Shown one piece after another: positions 25,431-34,167 of a DNA stretch of 64,000 nt. The notes under the pieces are model-generated. The model saw only the letters and a list, made by a program, of their open reading frames with translations, was not told where the DNA came from and did not search any database. A program made the position numbers and the translations under genes. Position 1 is the first letter of the stretch. Every line of letters begins with the position of its first letter. The DNA comes from a virus, in the IMG/VR virus record IMGVR_UViG_3300049844_000277, positions 36,520 to 100,519 of that record. The stretch is one strand, 5' to 3'.

Positions 25431-27488
25431 ATGCCGGAAATTTCCCTCGAACAAATAAACGGAACCGCCGTATTCACTTCGGCGGGTATGCTTCCGGGTC
25501 TAGAACGCGTTCACGCAGGAATGCTGGATGTAGATAAAAAACGCTGGTGGTTTCCAGCGTATCCTCCGTTCGGACTTCTAGCAATTAACGACCTAAAAAA
25601 AATCATAAAAGGAGTCTCGTTCTCGAAAGAAGCGATACAACAAATTGACTTCTTGGAATCCGTCCCAGAGAGATTAACAAAACGTACCCTACCAGAGGGC
25701 TTTCAATTTATCACGCAGCCGTTCGAGCACCAGATTGACGTTCTCACACACGCGCTTCACTATCCGCGCTTCGCCCTCTATCTCGATCCGGGAACCGGTA
25801 AAAGCAAGATAATGGTTGACCTCAAACGCTGCTTCCCGGACGAGCGTATGTTGGTCATCACACCCAAAGTTACTGTAGTCAATTGGGTTAGAGAAGCAGC
25901 TCAACATTCTGGAAATACTCTTAAAGCCGTAGCGCTTCAAGGTACTCCAGAACAAAAAAGAGATATCATTCGAAGGTATAAGGAGTACGATATAATCATA
26001 GCATCTTATGGAACAGCAAGGAACTTGGGATATCCCCGACTGTATCCTGAAACCTTAAAAGCGTTGAAGGCGGCTACGGAAGCAGGAACCCCTCTCACAG
26101 AGAGCGGCCTTGCAACGTTGGTAAGGGGGATTCGTTTTATTTCGGATCCAGGTAGACAATTTGATTTAGCTTTGGCGTGGGCACTCGGTGCTCCAATAGC
26201 ACGAGTATGTGCGTGGGCTGAGGAAGAATCAAAAAAAGAACCACAGTGGTTGAAAGATATTGACTTCAAAATAATAGTAGCGGACGAAAGTCAAAACCTT
26301 AACAATACGTCAGCTGACCAAACAAAAGCCGCACTAGCGTTATCTAAGCAAGCGCCGCGAAGATATTTGATGTCAGGTACTCCAACTCTCGGAGACCCGC
26401 GACATCTCTACGCGCAGATGAAGTTTCTTTCGCCGGCCATCATTCCGGAAAACTGGTTACAGTTTTCAGATATGTTCTTAGTGCGAAGCACCTACAACAA
26501 AAAAATCGTAACAGGGTTCAAGAATATAAATATCCTGAACGAGCGCGTAAACAGAGTAGCAATTCGTAAGACAAAAGAGGAGTGTCTCGATCTTCCTCCG
26601 AGAACAATCATCGACGTTCCGGTGGACTTGTCGAACGAGCAGAAAAAGCTTTACAACAAGATGGTCGAAGAGATGCAGATTGATTTGCAGGATTTCTTCG
26701 ACTCAGAAAGTACTTTAGCTGTACAAAATGCTGCGGTTCTCTTGAACAAGTTGGCACAAGTTACGTCGGGTTTTATCATCGACAGCCAGCGTAAAACTGA
26801 CCTCTGCGACACCTGTATTCACCTAGTAAAGTGCGTCGATTCAAACATCCAGCCATATACAGAACGTTGCCAGGTTGTACAAAAGAGTCCGCCTGGAAGT
26901 GTGAATCTTCTTAAAGAAAACCCAAAGCTAACTATCCTCGACGGACTGCTGGATGAAATCTTAGTGAATGAAACCTCAAAAGTAATTATTTGGGGCCAAT
27001 ATCACGCCGAACTCGATTCAATAGAGGAGCTATTACAAAAGAAGAAAATTACTCTGGTGCGTGGTGGAGAAGGGAATATTCAGAAGAGAATAGATACGTT
27101 CAACCTCGACCCAGACTGTCGCGTATACCTCAGTCACGTAGCAACTGGTGTAGGTATTACTCTGAACTCTGCCGCGTACATGATTTTTTATGCGCTCCCT
27201 TGGTCACTGGGACATTATCTTCAAGCTATCGACCGAAACTTCAGAGCCGGACAGAAGATGAAGACCGTCGTATATAGGTTGATCGCCGCAGATACTGTAG
27301 ATTACTTCAAAGCATTAGCGCTCTCTGAGAAAAAAGATTTGAGCGCTATGTTGACCAATAAGATCGCGTGCGCTACGTGCACTCACGCGCAGAAATGCCT
27401 GCAAAACAATATTGAGGTATTTGAACCTGGCTGCATATATCAACGAAACGTCAAACGTACTATAGCGAAGGCGAGGGTACTCGAATGA
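25431..27488 (+). CDS. SNF2-family DNA helicase/translocase
   Basis: Walker A reads LDPGTGKSKIM. DExQ box reads IVADESQNLNN. C-terminal helicase motifs read GVGITLNSAAYMIFYALPWSLGHYLQAIDRNFRAGQ. GGAGAAGG RBS. Confidence 0.85.
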   Translation: MPEISLEQINGTAVFTSAGMLPGLERVHAGMLDVDKKRWWFPAYPPFGLLAINDLKKIIKGVSFSKEAIQQIDFLESVPERLTKRTLPEGFQFITQPFEHQIDVLTHALHYPRFALYLDPGTGKSKIMVDLKRCFPDERMLVITPKVTVVNWVREAAQHSGNTLKAVALQGTPEQKRDIIRRYKEYDIIIASYGTARNLGYPRLYPETLKALKAATEAGTPLTESGLATLVRGIRFISDPGRQFDLALAWALGAPIARVCAWAEEESKKEPQWLKDIDFKIIVADESQNLNNTSADQTKAALALSKQAPRRYLMSGTPTLGDPRHLYAQMKFLSPAIIPENWLQFSDMFLVRSTYNKKIVTGFKNINILNERVNRVAIRKTKEECLDLPPRTIIDVPVDLSNEQKKLYNKMVEEMQIDLQDFFDSESTLAVQNAAVLLNKLAQVTSGFIIDSQRKTDLCDTCIHLVKCVDSNIQPYTERCQVVQKSPPGSVNLLKENPKLTILDGLLDEILVNETSKVIIWGQYHAELDSIEELLQKKKITLVRGGEGNIQKRIDTFNLDPDCRVYLSHVATGVGITLNSAAYMIFYALPWSLGHYLQAIDRNFRAGQKMKTVVYRLIAADTVDYFKALALSEKKDLSAMLTNKIACATCTHAQKCLQNNIEVFEPGCIYQRNVKRTIAKARVLE

Positions 27489-27931
27489 GATTAATCCTAG
27501 AAAAAAACGAAATCGTCGCCATCTTGGGAAAACATTTCGACGTTGAACTAGACCCCGAAAAAGTAATCATCAAAACAGACCCGCTAGAAATCGAAGTAAG
27601 CGGAATTCCCATGACCGACGCACAACCACGAGAAGAAACGAATGTTGTAACGCTAAGGTCTGGACCAGGAACATATTCAGCGGTGAAGAGCTCTGCGGTG
27701 GATCCAACGGACATCGTCAAAAAGCGAGATGACCCCGACGCTACGACGGAACCGCCTACACCAGGAGACGATGACTTGGGCGGTCCGGGACAAGACTTAC
27801 ACCCGGCAGCAGTCCTTGCGGCATCAAAAGCTCTCGAGCGACAACTCGAACAAGAGAATCCCCTCCTTAAGAGACGAGCCGGACGAGGAACCTCTCGCGC
27901 ACCTGAAGGATTTGAAAACGAGATTACGTGA
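27485..27931 (+). CDS. Hypothetical acidic protein
   Basis: ATGA start/stop overlaps on both sides, so it is operon-embedded. No motif recognised. Confidence 0.5.
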   Translation: MRLILEKNEIVAILGKHFDVELDPEKVIIKTDPLEIEVSGIPMTDAQPREETNVVTLRSGPGTYSAVKSSAVDPTDIVKKRDDPDATTEPPTPGDDDLGGPGQDLHPAAVLAASKALERQLEQENPLLKRRAGRGTSRAPEGFENEIT

Positions 27932-28833
27932 TGACCAAAGGCAACGTTCTGGAACAACCTCACGCGACGGGCCCGAAACCCTCACGTACACAAAAACTGT
28001 TACATCAATTAAACGTTAAGGAAGACTTTCTAGACCTTAAGCTACCCAAAGGTTTTTTCTCAAACTCGCAGTACAACAGCTGGCTAATTTGCGGTCGAGC
28101 ATACGAGTTTAAGTACGTAGAGCAAGTTCCTACGCCTGAGTACGCCTCAACAAGCCGTGGAAACGCTGTGCACGCGGGCGTAGAGCACATGCTTCGAGCG
28201 AAGCTCGCTAGCAAGCACACGACAGTAGAGGAAGGTAGAGAAGTAGTAAGTAAGGTATTCGACGAAAAAGCAAAAGGCGTTGTTGATTGGGGCGAAGAAG
28301 AACCCGGTAAGATTAAAGACGTAGCCATACGACTATTTAACACCTACGCAACATACGGATTACCGAAGGTCAATCCCATAGGGATCGAAGAAGGATTCGC
28401 GAAAAAAGTAGGTGACGTACCGATGGTTGGGTGGGTAGATTTAATCGACGAACAACCCGCCGTAGTAACCGCCAACATGGCGGAAGAGGATGCCGCACTA
28501 GCTCCAACACGCTTAATCACCGCAGACCTAAAAACCGGAAAAGCGAAATGGAGCGAAAAGGAAGTAGCACTTGACCCACAGCTGACTCTGTACTCATACG
28601 TAGTCGGAACACCTTATGTGCGTGTCGACCAACTCATCGACCACAAAAAGGCACCGACATTTCTTCAAGCTAACAGCACAAGAACTCCCCGAGATGCTGA
28701 AATTTTGGTAGAGCACGTCAACGAAGTAGCTGACTTCGTAAGAAAAGGAATCTTCCCAAAAACACACATTGATAATTGGGCATGCGACTCCGGGCATTGT
28801 TCGTTCTGGGATCTGTGTAGAGGAAAAAGATAA
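27928..28833 (+). CDS. PD-(D/E)XK (Cas4/RecB-like) exonuclease with Cys cluster
   Basis: Motifs are GNAVHAGVEH, VGWVDLIDEQ, ADLKTGKAKW and QLTLYSY, plus one N-terminal Cys and C-terminal CDSGHCSFWDLC. Confidence 0.7.
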   Translation: MMTKGNVLEQPHATGPKPSRTQKLLHQLNVKEDFLDLKLPKGFFSNSQYNSWLICGRAYEFKYVEQVPTPEYASTSRGNAVHAGVEHMLRAKLASKHTTVEEGREVVSKVFDEKAKGVVDWGEEEPGKIKDVAIRLFNTYATYGLPKVNPIGIEEGFAKKVGDVPMVGWVDLIDEQPAVVTANMAEEDAALAPTRLITADLKTGKAKWSEKEVALDPQLTLYSYVVGTPYVRVDQLIDHKKAPTFLQANSTRTPRDAEILVEHVNEVADFVRKGIFPKTHIDNWACDSGHCSFWDLCRGKR

Positions 28834-28836
28834 GAG

Positions 28837-29439
28837 ATGTACTGTGCTACATGTAATACTGACTTACCAGAATCCGCGTTCGGAGATAGAGCAGAAACAG
28901 CCTCTGGAAAACGATATTATTGTCGAAAATGCGGAACCAAGAAAAACGTACACTGGCGAAAAAAGAAAGCGGCAGAAGGTTTCTGCTATTCATGCGGTAA
29001 GCGAAAACCTCTTAAAAATAAAACACGGTGTAGGCGTTGCATAGCAATAGCGAAAAAAAGATATCTTGAGAAAACACCTGAAATGCACGCGGAAGCGAAC
29101 CTGAAACAACGAACCAGGTTGGCCGCATTAAAACGGGAAGTTTACGCCGCGTACGGCGGTTATCGCTGCGCCTGTTGTGGTGAAAAACACGAAGAATTCT
29201 TGAGTATTGATCACATAGAAGGAAACGGTAAGCAGCACCGGAAGGAAGTAGGCAGTGGGGGACGCGGTAGTGCGTTGTACAGGTGGCTAAAGAAAAATAA
29301 TTTTCCACCGGGGTTCCAGATTCTGTGCATGAACTGTAACTTTGCGATAGGACACTACGAATCGTGCCCACACAACCCCACGGTAAAAAGAGTAGTTAAA
29401 CGCAGAAGAACCAGGGAACACACATGGCCATCAAGATGA
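28837..29439 (+). CDS. HNH endonuclease (free-standing, homing-type)
   Basis: Zn-ribbon pairs (CATC, CRKCG, CYSCG, CRRC) and an HNH core reading CACCGEKHEEFLSIDHIEGNG...LCMNCNFAIGH. Confidence 0.75.
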   Translation: MYCATCNTDLPESAFGDRAETASGKRYYCRKCGTKKNVHWRKKKAAEGFCYSCGKRKPLKNKTRCRRCIAIAKKRYLEKTPEMHAEANLKQRTRLAALKREVYAAYGGYRCACCGEKHEEFLSIDHIEGNGKQHRKEVGSGGRGSALYRWLKKNNFPPGFQILCMNCNFAIGHYESCPHNPTVKRVVKRRRTREHTWPSR

Positions 29440-29789
29440 GCATGAAGTGTACTCGTTGTCACCGCGAAGACATCCTCGAGCTGGAGACGCTCGCGGAAGC
29501 CACTGCTCTGGAGGAGCACCAGAAGCGTAAGGCGGTTGTGCTGAAGAAGCTCAAGGACTTCGTAGGAAGTCTTCCCGCAGAAGACCTCCCGGATTTCTTC
29601 GCGGTCCTAGGGGACAAGGTTCTGATTCACGACTACCTGTGCGACCCACAGGATGACTCAAAGCGCTCCTGCGCTAGTCGCGTAAGTGACTTGCTCGCGG
29701 GTGTGAACGAACTCGGCGAGCGTAAGCCGAGAACGAAGAAGGAAAAGGAAAAGGAAAAGGAAAAGGAAAAGACTCCGCAAGCGGCGTAA
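29424..29789 (+). CDS. Hypothetical protein with C-terminal (Lys-Glu)n tail
   Basis: ORF of 121 aa ending ...RKPRTKKEKEKEKEKEKTPQAA. Confidence 0.45.
   Translation: MAIKMSMKCTRCHREDILELETLAEATALEEHQKRKAVVLKKLKDFVGSLPAEDLPDFFAVLGDKVLIHDYLCDPQDDSKRSCASRVSDLLAGVNELGERKPRTKKEKEKEKEKEKTPQAA
29741..29770 (+). repeat. (GGAAAA)x5 microsatellite inside the coding sequence
   Basis: Five perfect hexamer units encode the KE repeat. Confidence 0.9.
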
Positions 29790-29793
29790 GCGT

Positions 29794-30003
29794 ATGAAAG
29801 AGAGGATCCCTGTGCCGGATACTGAAAAATATGGCGTTGAAGAAGTAGAAAACGCGGAAAAGCTGGCGGAGGAAAACCTAAATACGTGTCCTCGATGCCG
29901 GAGTAAACTTCGTCCGCGCGACGTCACAGGGATCCTCTTGTGTTTGAAATGTGGTACCTTACCTTTTGAGGCTACGGACCATGGCACTCCGAAGTCTCGC
30001 TAA
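29794..30003 (+). CDS. Small zinc-ribbon protein
   Basis: CPRCRS ... CLKCG in 69 aa. Confidence 0.45.
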   Translation: MKERIPVPDTEKYGVEEVENAEKLAEENLNTCPRCRSKLRPRDVTGILLCLKCGTLPFEATDHGTPKSR

Positions 30004-30235
30004 AAATTCGGCTAGAGTTCAGCGAAAACTAGCCGCGCAGCAGCATCTCATCTACAAGCTCAAAGCCATACGAGCTTTATGGGTTACAGCCCATAATACG
30101 CCGCAGGCGATTGAGAAAATGGAACGAGAGTTTCTTTTTCTTGTAGGTGAGATAGTGGAAGGTACCCCTGTAGAAAAACTTGTTATGATCAACATAAACA
30201 AGTCAGCCTTTCTACGGGAATTTAACGACGGATAG
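29981..30235 (+). CDS. Hypothetical small protein (start uncertain)
   Basis: Track ORF 29951..30235. An ATG at 29981 reduces the overlap with the upstream gene. Confidence 0.35.
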   Translation: MALRSLAKNSARVQRKLAAQQHLIYKLKAIRALWVTAHNTPQAIEKMEREFLFLVGEIVEGTPVEKLVMININKSAFLREFNDG

Positions 30236-30275
30236 CGTTCCCATTCAGCTAAAACACCGTACATGGAGGAGCCAC

Positions 30276-31250
30276 ATGGCTGCCGCCGAAAAACCTGTAT
30301 TGCCTACGTGGACCAAACCGAACCTCGTGACTATTGAACCAACACCGAGGAACCCTCCGAAGCTCATTGAACTCGCGGTCAAGGATATCCTCACGAAAGC
30401 GGGAGACAATATCCGAACAGGAGAACTTCCCGATATTGAAGAGCTTGCCAAGAGTATCAAAGCCGAAGGATTGCTAGAACCAATCATCGTTACTGCCGCA
30501 GAGACGCCGGGAAAGTACTCGGTGATTGCAGGGCACCGCCGACTGACCGCCGTTCGAAGCTTGGGCGAAGAATCTGTCCCTGCGTTGGTAGTAGATGCGG
30601 ATAGCAATCGACGCATCAAGCTAGCGCTCATCGAAAACATCCAACGAAAGGACATGGCTCCGTTGGATAAAGCGAAGGCGTTCGCGAAGCTCATCAAAAA
30701 TACAGGGCTGGAGCAGCAGCAAGTGGCTCAGGCTATCGGAGTTGCCCCAGGATACGTCTCACAATATTTGACTCTCCTCGCGCTACCGGAATCAGCTATC
30801 TCTGCGCTTCGAGATGAAACGCTTTCATTCACACAAGCGCGAGTTCTTTGCCGACTACTTCCGCACATAAAAGAAATCGACGCCCTAGTACTCGAAGCCT
30901 CCAACCTTACCGCTGCCGCGATGGAGACAAAGGTTGCGCATATCCTTGGGACGCTCAAAGCATCGAAAGCTGAAGCTGAAGCTGAAGCCGATGCTGAAGA
31001 TGATAAGGTAAACCCTGAGGATGCGGACGGACGTCCGAAGAAGAAGAGAGTAGCTAAGACCGTGGTACCCGATAAAGCAGTCGAGTATTACGCCGAAGCG
31101 GACTTCCATCCGCTCAAGAAAGAAGACATTCGGGAACTGATGGTCAGCTACAAGCGAAAAGAAGTAAACGCTGAGAGCGAGAAAAAGAGAGAAGAGTATC
31201 GCCTGATTCTCAAGGGAATCACGTTAGCAGCGGATCTTCGTCTTAAGTGA
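30276..31250 (+). CDS. ParB-like nuclease-domain / partition-family DNA-binding protein
   Basis: GLLEPIIVT...YSVIAGHRRLTAVRSLG and ALIENIQRKDMAPLDKAKAF, with an HTH reading LEQQQVAQAIGVAPGYVSQYLTL. GGAGGAG RBS. Confidence 0.8.
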   Translation: MAAAEKPVLPTWTKPNLVTIEPTPRNPPKLIELAVKDILTKAGDNIRTGELPDIEELAKSIKAEGLLEPIIVTAAETPGKYSVIAGHRRLTAVRSLGEESVPALVVDADSNRRIKLALIENIQRKDMAPLDKAKAFAKLIKNTGLEQQQVAQAIGVAPGYVSQYLTLLALPESAISALRDETLSFTQARVLCRLLPHIKEIDALVLEASNLTAAAMETKVAHILGTLKASKAEAEAEADAEDDKVNPEDADGRPKKKRVAKTVVPDKAVEYYAEADFHPLKKEDIRELMVSYKRKEVNAESEKKREEYRLILKGITLAADLRLK

Positions 31251-31259
31251 AGAGATTCA

Positions 31260-32093
31260 CTACTCAAGAAAAACATCTTGAGACGTTTCTACTTGATTTG
31301 CCAATAAGTATGTCTTGATTTGCGCGAGAGTGTCCTTCTTAATCTGCCGGACACGTTCAGAAGATAAATCTACTCTTCTGGAAATCTGCCGGAGATTTTT
31401 AGGCTCTTCTCTCGCGCCGTAATACGCCAGGACAATATATTTATCTCGTTCGCGTAGAGATAAGTTATCTAACGCACGACGTAACATAGTAAGGCCGTAC
31501 GTATTCACTAAATCACGTTCTAAGCTCACATCGCAGTGTCCAGCTACGTCAATAGCGCCAACAGCATCCAACGTAACGTGCGGCTGCTCTACATCAACAC
31601 CGCCACCACTCTTACGTTGCGCTCTTAACGCTTTCTGCTTATGGGCAGGGACACGAATAATTCCTTGACTATCTAACTCCTCTAGTATTTTCTCGCGAAC
31701 CCACCACGCAGCGTATGTAAGAAACTTAGTATTGCGTGAGGTATCAAAACGATCCGCCGCGACTAGAAGTCCTACGTTACCGGCGGATATCAGTGACGTC
31801 AATAGTTCGTTGTCGAACTTTGGTCCCTTAGTGCGATAAGCATATTCTTTCGCTACTTTCACAACAAAGCGAAGGGCTCCCGAAATAAGTCGATCACGCG
31901 CTTTAAAGTTTCGCGGAGTATTACACCTAGGACATCGGGTAGCTGAAGATCCCAAGCTATACGAAGACCTGCACGCAGAACAAGTGCGGTAGGCCTTTAC
32001 TAGATCGCGTTCCTCTCGTTGAGGAATGAATTCATTACCACGTAAATCAGCGAAATAAGCCGAGACTACACGGTCATTGTCCATTGGGTTCAT
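31260..32093 (-). CDS. Sigma-70-family RNA polymerase sigma factor with N-terminal Zn-ribbon insertion
   Basis: Region 2: LISAGNVGLLVAADRFDTSRNTKFLTYAAWWVREKI. Region 3-like: IRVPAHKQKALR. Region 4: LSLRERDKYIVLAYYG...NLRQISRRVDLSSERVRQIKKDTLAQIK. N-terminal CSACRS...CPRCNT. Confidence 0.85.
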   Translation of the reverse strand: MNPMDNDRVVSAYFADLRGNEFIPQREERDLVKAYRTCSACRSSYSLGSSATRCPRCNTPRNFKARDRLISGALRFVVKVAKEYAYRTKGPKFDNELLTSLISAGNVGLLVAADRFDTSRNTKFLTYAAWWVREKILEELDSQGIIRVPAHKQKALRAQRKSGGGVDVEQPHVTLDAVGAIDVAGHCDVSLERDLVNTYGLTMLRRALDNLSLRERDKYIVLAYYGAREEPKNLRQISRRVDLSSERVRQIKKDTLAQIKTYLLANQVETSQDVFLE

Positions 32094-32206
32094 TTTTAAA
32101 CGATCCTCGTTTTAGTGCTGGAAATAGTCAGAAGCTGGGAGTAAGGTGCCCGAGCAATCAACGCAACGAAACCAACAACTAATCCACAAATCAAGAAAGC
32201 ATAACA

Positions 32207-33250
32207 ATGGCTAAGAACAAAGACGTGACCCCCGCCGCGGAACCGGCCGTAATCGTTAATCCGCCGAACGCGACTTCCGCTATCGTCAAAACTGAAGAAA
32301 GCGGGTCTTCGGAGTTCGCTGCGCGCAAAGCTTTGGCCATGCGACTACCCGAAGCCATTCGACCTCGGGCCATGATGTTGAAGCGTCCTACGCCGAATGA
32401 GCTCATGGAGATTGTCATGAACCTTCCTGAGAATAGCCAGGAAGCGATGATGACTCTGGTGGCCAAGACTAACCCAGAGAAGCAGGGGTTGCACACCTCG
32501 TCTAGCGGCTTCGAGCCAACCGCGTTGAAGGTTTACCACGGTACCGGTAACGACCCCATTAGACCCCGACAAACGCTCCCAGGTCAATTCTACTCCGCGG
32601 ACTCTCGGGTTATCGGTGAGAAGTTCAACGCCGTTCCTCTGGCAATCTATGAGGGACACATCCTATGGCCAGAGAAGACCAAGGATTCCAACGAGAGTAA
32701 AGCACCTATCTGCGTTTCAGTCGACCGTAGGATGGGGAGCAAATACGGAAACTGCGACGCTTGTCCGCTTCACCCAAACCTTCGTCCGTATGCGCAGGGT
32801 GGGTGCATGCGAGAAATAACTGTGTACCTCCTCGACCAAGACATGACGTCCATCTACGAGCTCAAGTTCAGTAAGACGAGCGAGGGTGCCGGTAAGGCGC
32901 TCATGGGTGTCATGAAGAAGTCCAACTTCCTCTGGGAGCGCTGGTTTACCTTCGAGGCGAAGGAGCGAGTCGACAAGGGTAACAAGTGGTACATCATTCA
33001 GTCTAGTCCTGTTGCCGATGCTACAAAGGCAATCACGGATACGAAGTTCCATCCGCTATTCAACGCGCTCTCAAAGGTCATTGACGCGGACATCTACTAC
33101 ACGCAGATGGCGAACATCTATGACCGCGCTCGTAACAGTCCTGACTCGAGTGAATCGGTGGTAAACGCCACCCCGGTCGTAGCGTTCGATGAGAAGGCGT
33201 TTCTGAAGAGCGATACCGACGCCGTCCCGGATTACTCCAAGAACGTCTAA
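32207..33250 (+). CDS. Hypothetical protein; possible ssDNA-binding/annealing partner of the adjacent nuclease (position-based guess only)
   Basis: ORF of 347 aa with CDACP. It lies immediately upstream of a Cas4-like exonuclease. No family recognised. Confidence 0.5.
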   Translation: MAKNKDVTPAAEPAVIVNPPNATSAIVKTEESGSSEFAARKALAMRLPEAIRPRAMMLKRPTPNELMEIVMNLPENSQEAMMTLVAKTNPEKQGLHTSSSGFEPTALKVYHGTGNDPIRPRQTLPGQFYSADSRVIGEKFNAVPLAIYEGHILWPEKTKDSNESKAPICVSVDRRMGSKYGNCDACPLHPNLRPYAQGGCMREITVYLLDQDMTSIYELKFSKTSEGAGKALMGVMKKSNFLWERWFTFEAKERVDKGNKWYIIQSSPVADATKAITDTKFHPLFNALSKVIDADIYYTQMANIYDRARNSPDSSESVVNATPVVAFDEKAFLKSDTDAVPDYSKNV

Positions 33251-33288
33251 GCAATTATCGTCGTAACTAACAGGAGGGCGGGGCTCAT

Positions 33289-34128
33289 TTGAGCTCCGCT
33301 CTACCTGTCTGTGTCATTACAAAGGACGCGCACATGTCTTTACCCCTGCCCGAGTACGTACTGAAAGGCATGCCGTGGTCCATCTCTAAGGCGGGGGTAG
33401 TATCTAAGTGCTCCCAGCAATACGAATACAAATACGGCCCGCTAAGAAGAACGTACATTGAAGAAACGTCTTCTTCTGAGGAGAGCCGTATCGGAATCGC
33501 AGTACACCAAGCACTAGAGTTCAGCTTAGACAGGATTCCTGTAAAGCAAGCCTTCCAATTCGCCGCCGACAAGAATGAGCTCACGACTAACGAAGTAGAA
33601 AAGATCAAAAGTTTCTACGACCAAGTCACTCGCTTCGTCGCGTTCATCGAACGCTTTAAGGCAAAGTACGGAGTAAAGCCACAAAACGTACTCATCGAAT
33701 ACCGGATGGGGTTATCTCCGGAGTTCAAGCATACGTCATTCAACGATGACAGCGGACTATTCCGGGGCGTAATAGATTTGATGATGATAACCGAACAAGG
33801 TGACGCGGTAATCATCGACCACAAAACCGGAAAACAAAAAGAGATGTCGATGTACGAGGACCAGTGCAAAGCTTACTGCATCCTTGCTTTAGCCCTGCGC
33901 CCTGAACTCAAGGGAGTTCAAACAGCGATCAACTTCGTACAAACCGACCAGGTTAAGTGGAACTCCCGAGTAACCGCGGAAACTATCCGTGAAAAGTACT
34001 ACCCATGGCTCGTCGATTTCCTAACGCAAGCCTGTGCTGCGCTACAGAATCCTCCCCAGCCTAATGAGGGTTGGTGGTGTGGCTGGTGTGGATACAAAGA
34101 TACGTACTGCCCCAAATTCAAAAAATAA
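33289..34128 (+). CDS. PD-(D/E)XK (Cas4-like) exonuclease, second copy
   Basis: Motifs are GIAVHQALE, GVIDLMMITEQGDAVIIDHKTGKQK and QCKAYCIL, with a canonical C-terminal CGWCGYKDTYC and one N-terminal Cys. TTG start (AGGAGG upstream) or ATG at 33334. Confidence 0.75.
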   Translation: MSSALPVCVITKDAHMSLPLPEYVLKGMPWSISKAGVVSKCSQQYEYKYGPLRRTYIEETSSSEESRIGIAVHQALEFSLDRIPVKQAFQFAADKNELTTNEVEKIKSFYDQVTRFVAFIERFKAKYGVKPQNVLIEYRMGLSPEFKHTSFNDDSGLFRGVIDLMMITEQGDAVIIDHKTGKQKEMSMYEDQCKAYCILALALRPELKGVQTAINFVQTDQVKWNSRVTAETIREKYYPWLVDFLTQACAALQNPPQPNEGWWCGWCGYKDTYCPKFKK

Positions 34129-34167
34129 CCGCACGAGCTACTCGTGCCCACAACCCGAGGAGCTCTC

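Noticed and set aside
30967-31002. (GCTGAA)n and (GGAAAA)n microsatellites as regulatory repeats.
   Set aside because: Both lie in frame inside well-supported ORFs and simply encode acidic (AEAEAE) or Lys-Glu linkers. I recorded them only as coding low-complexity repeats.
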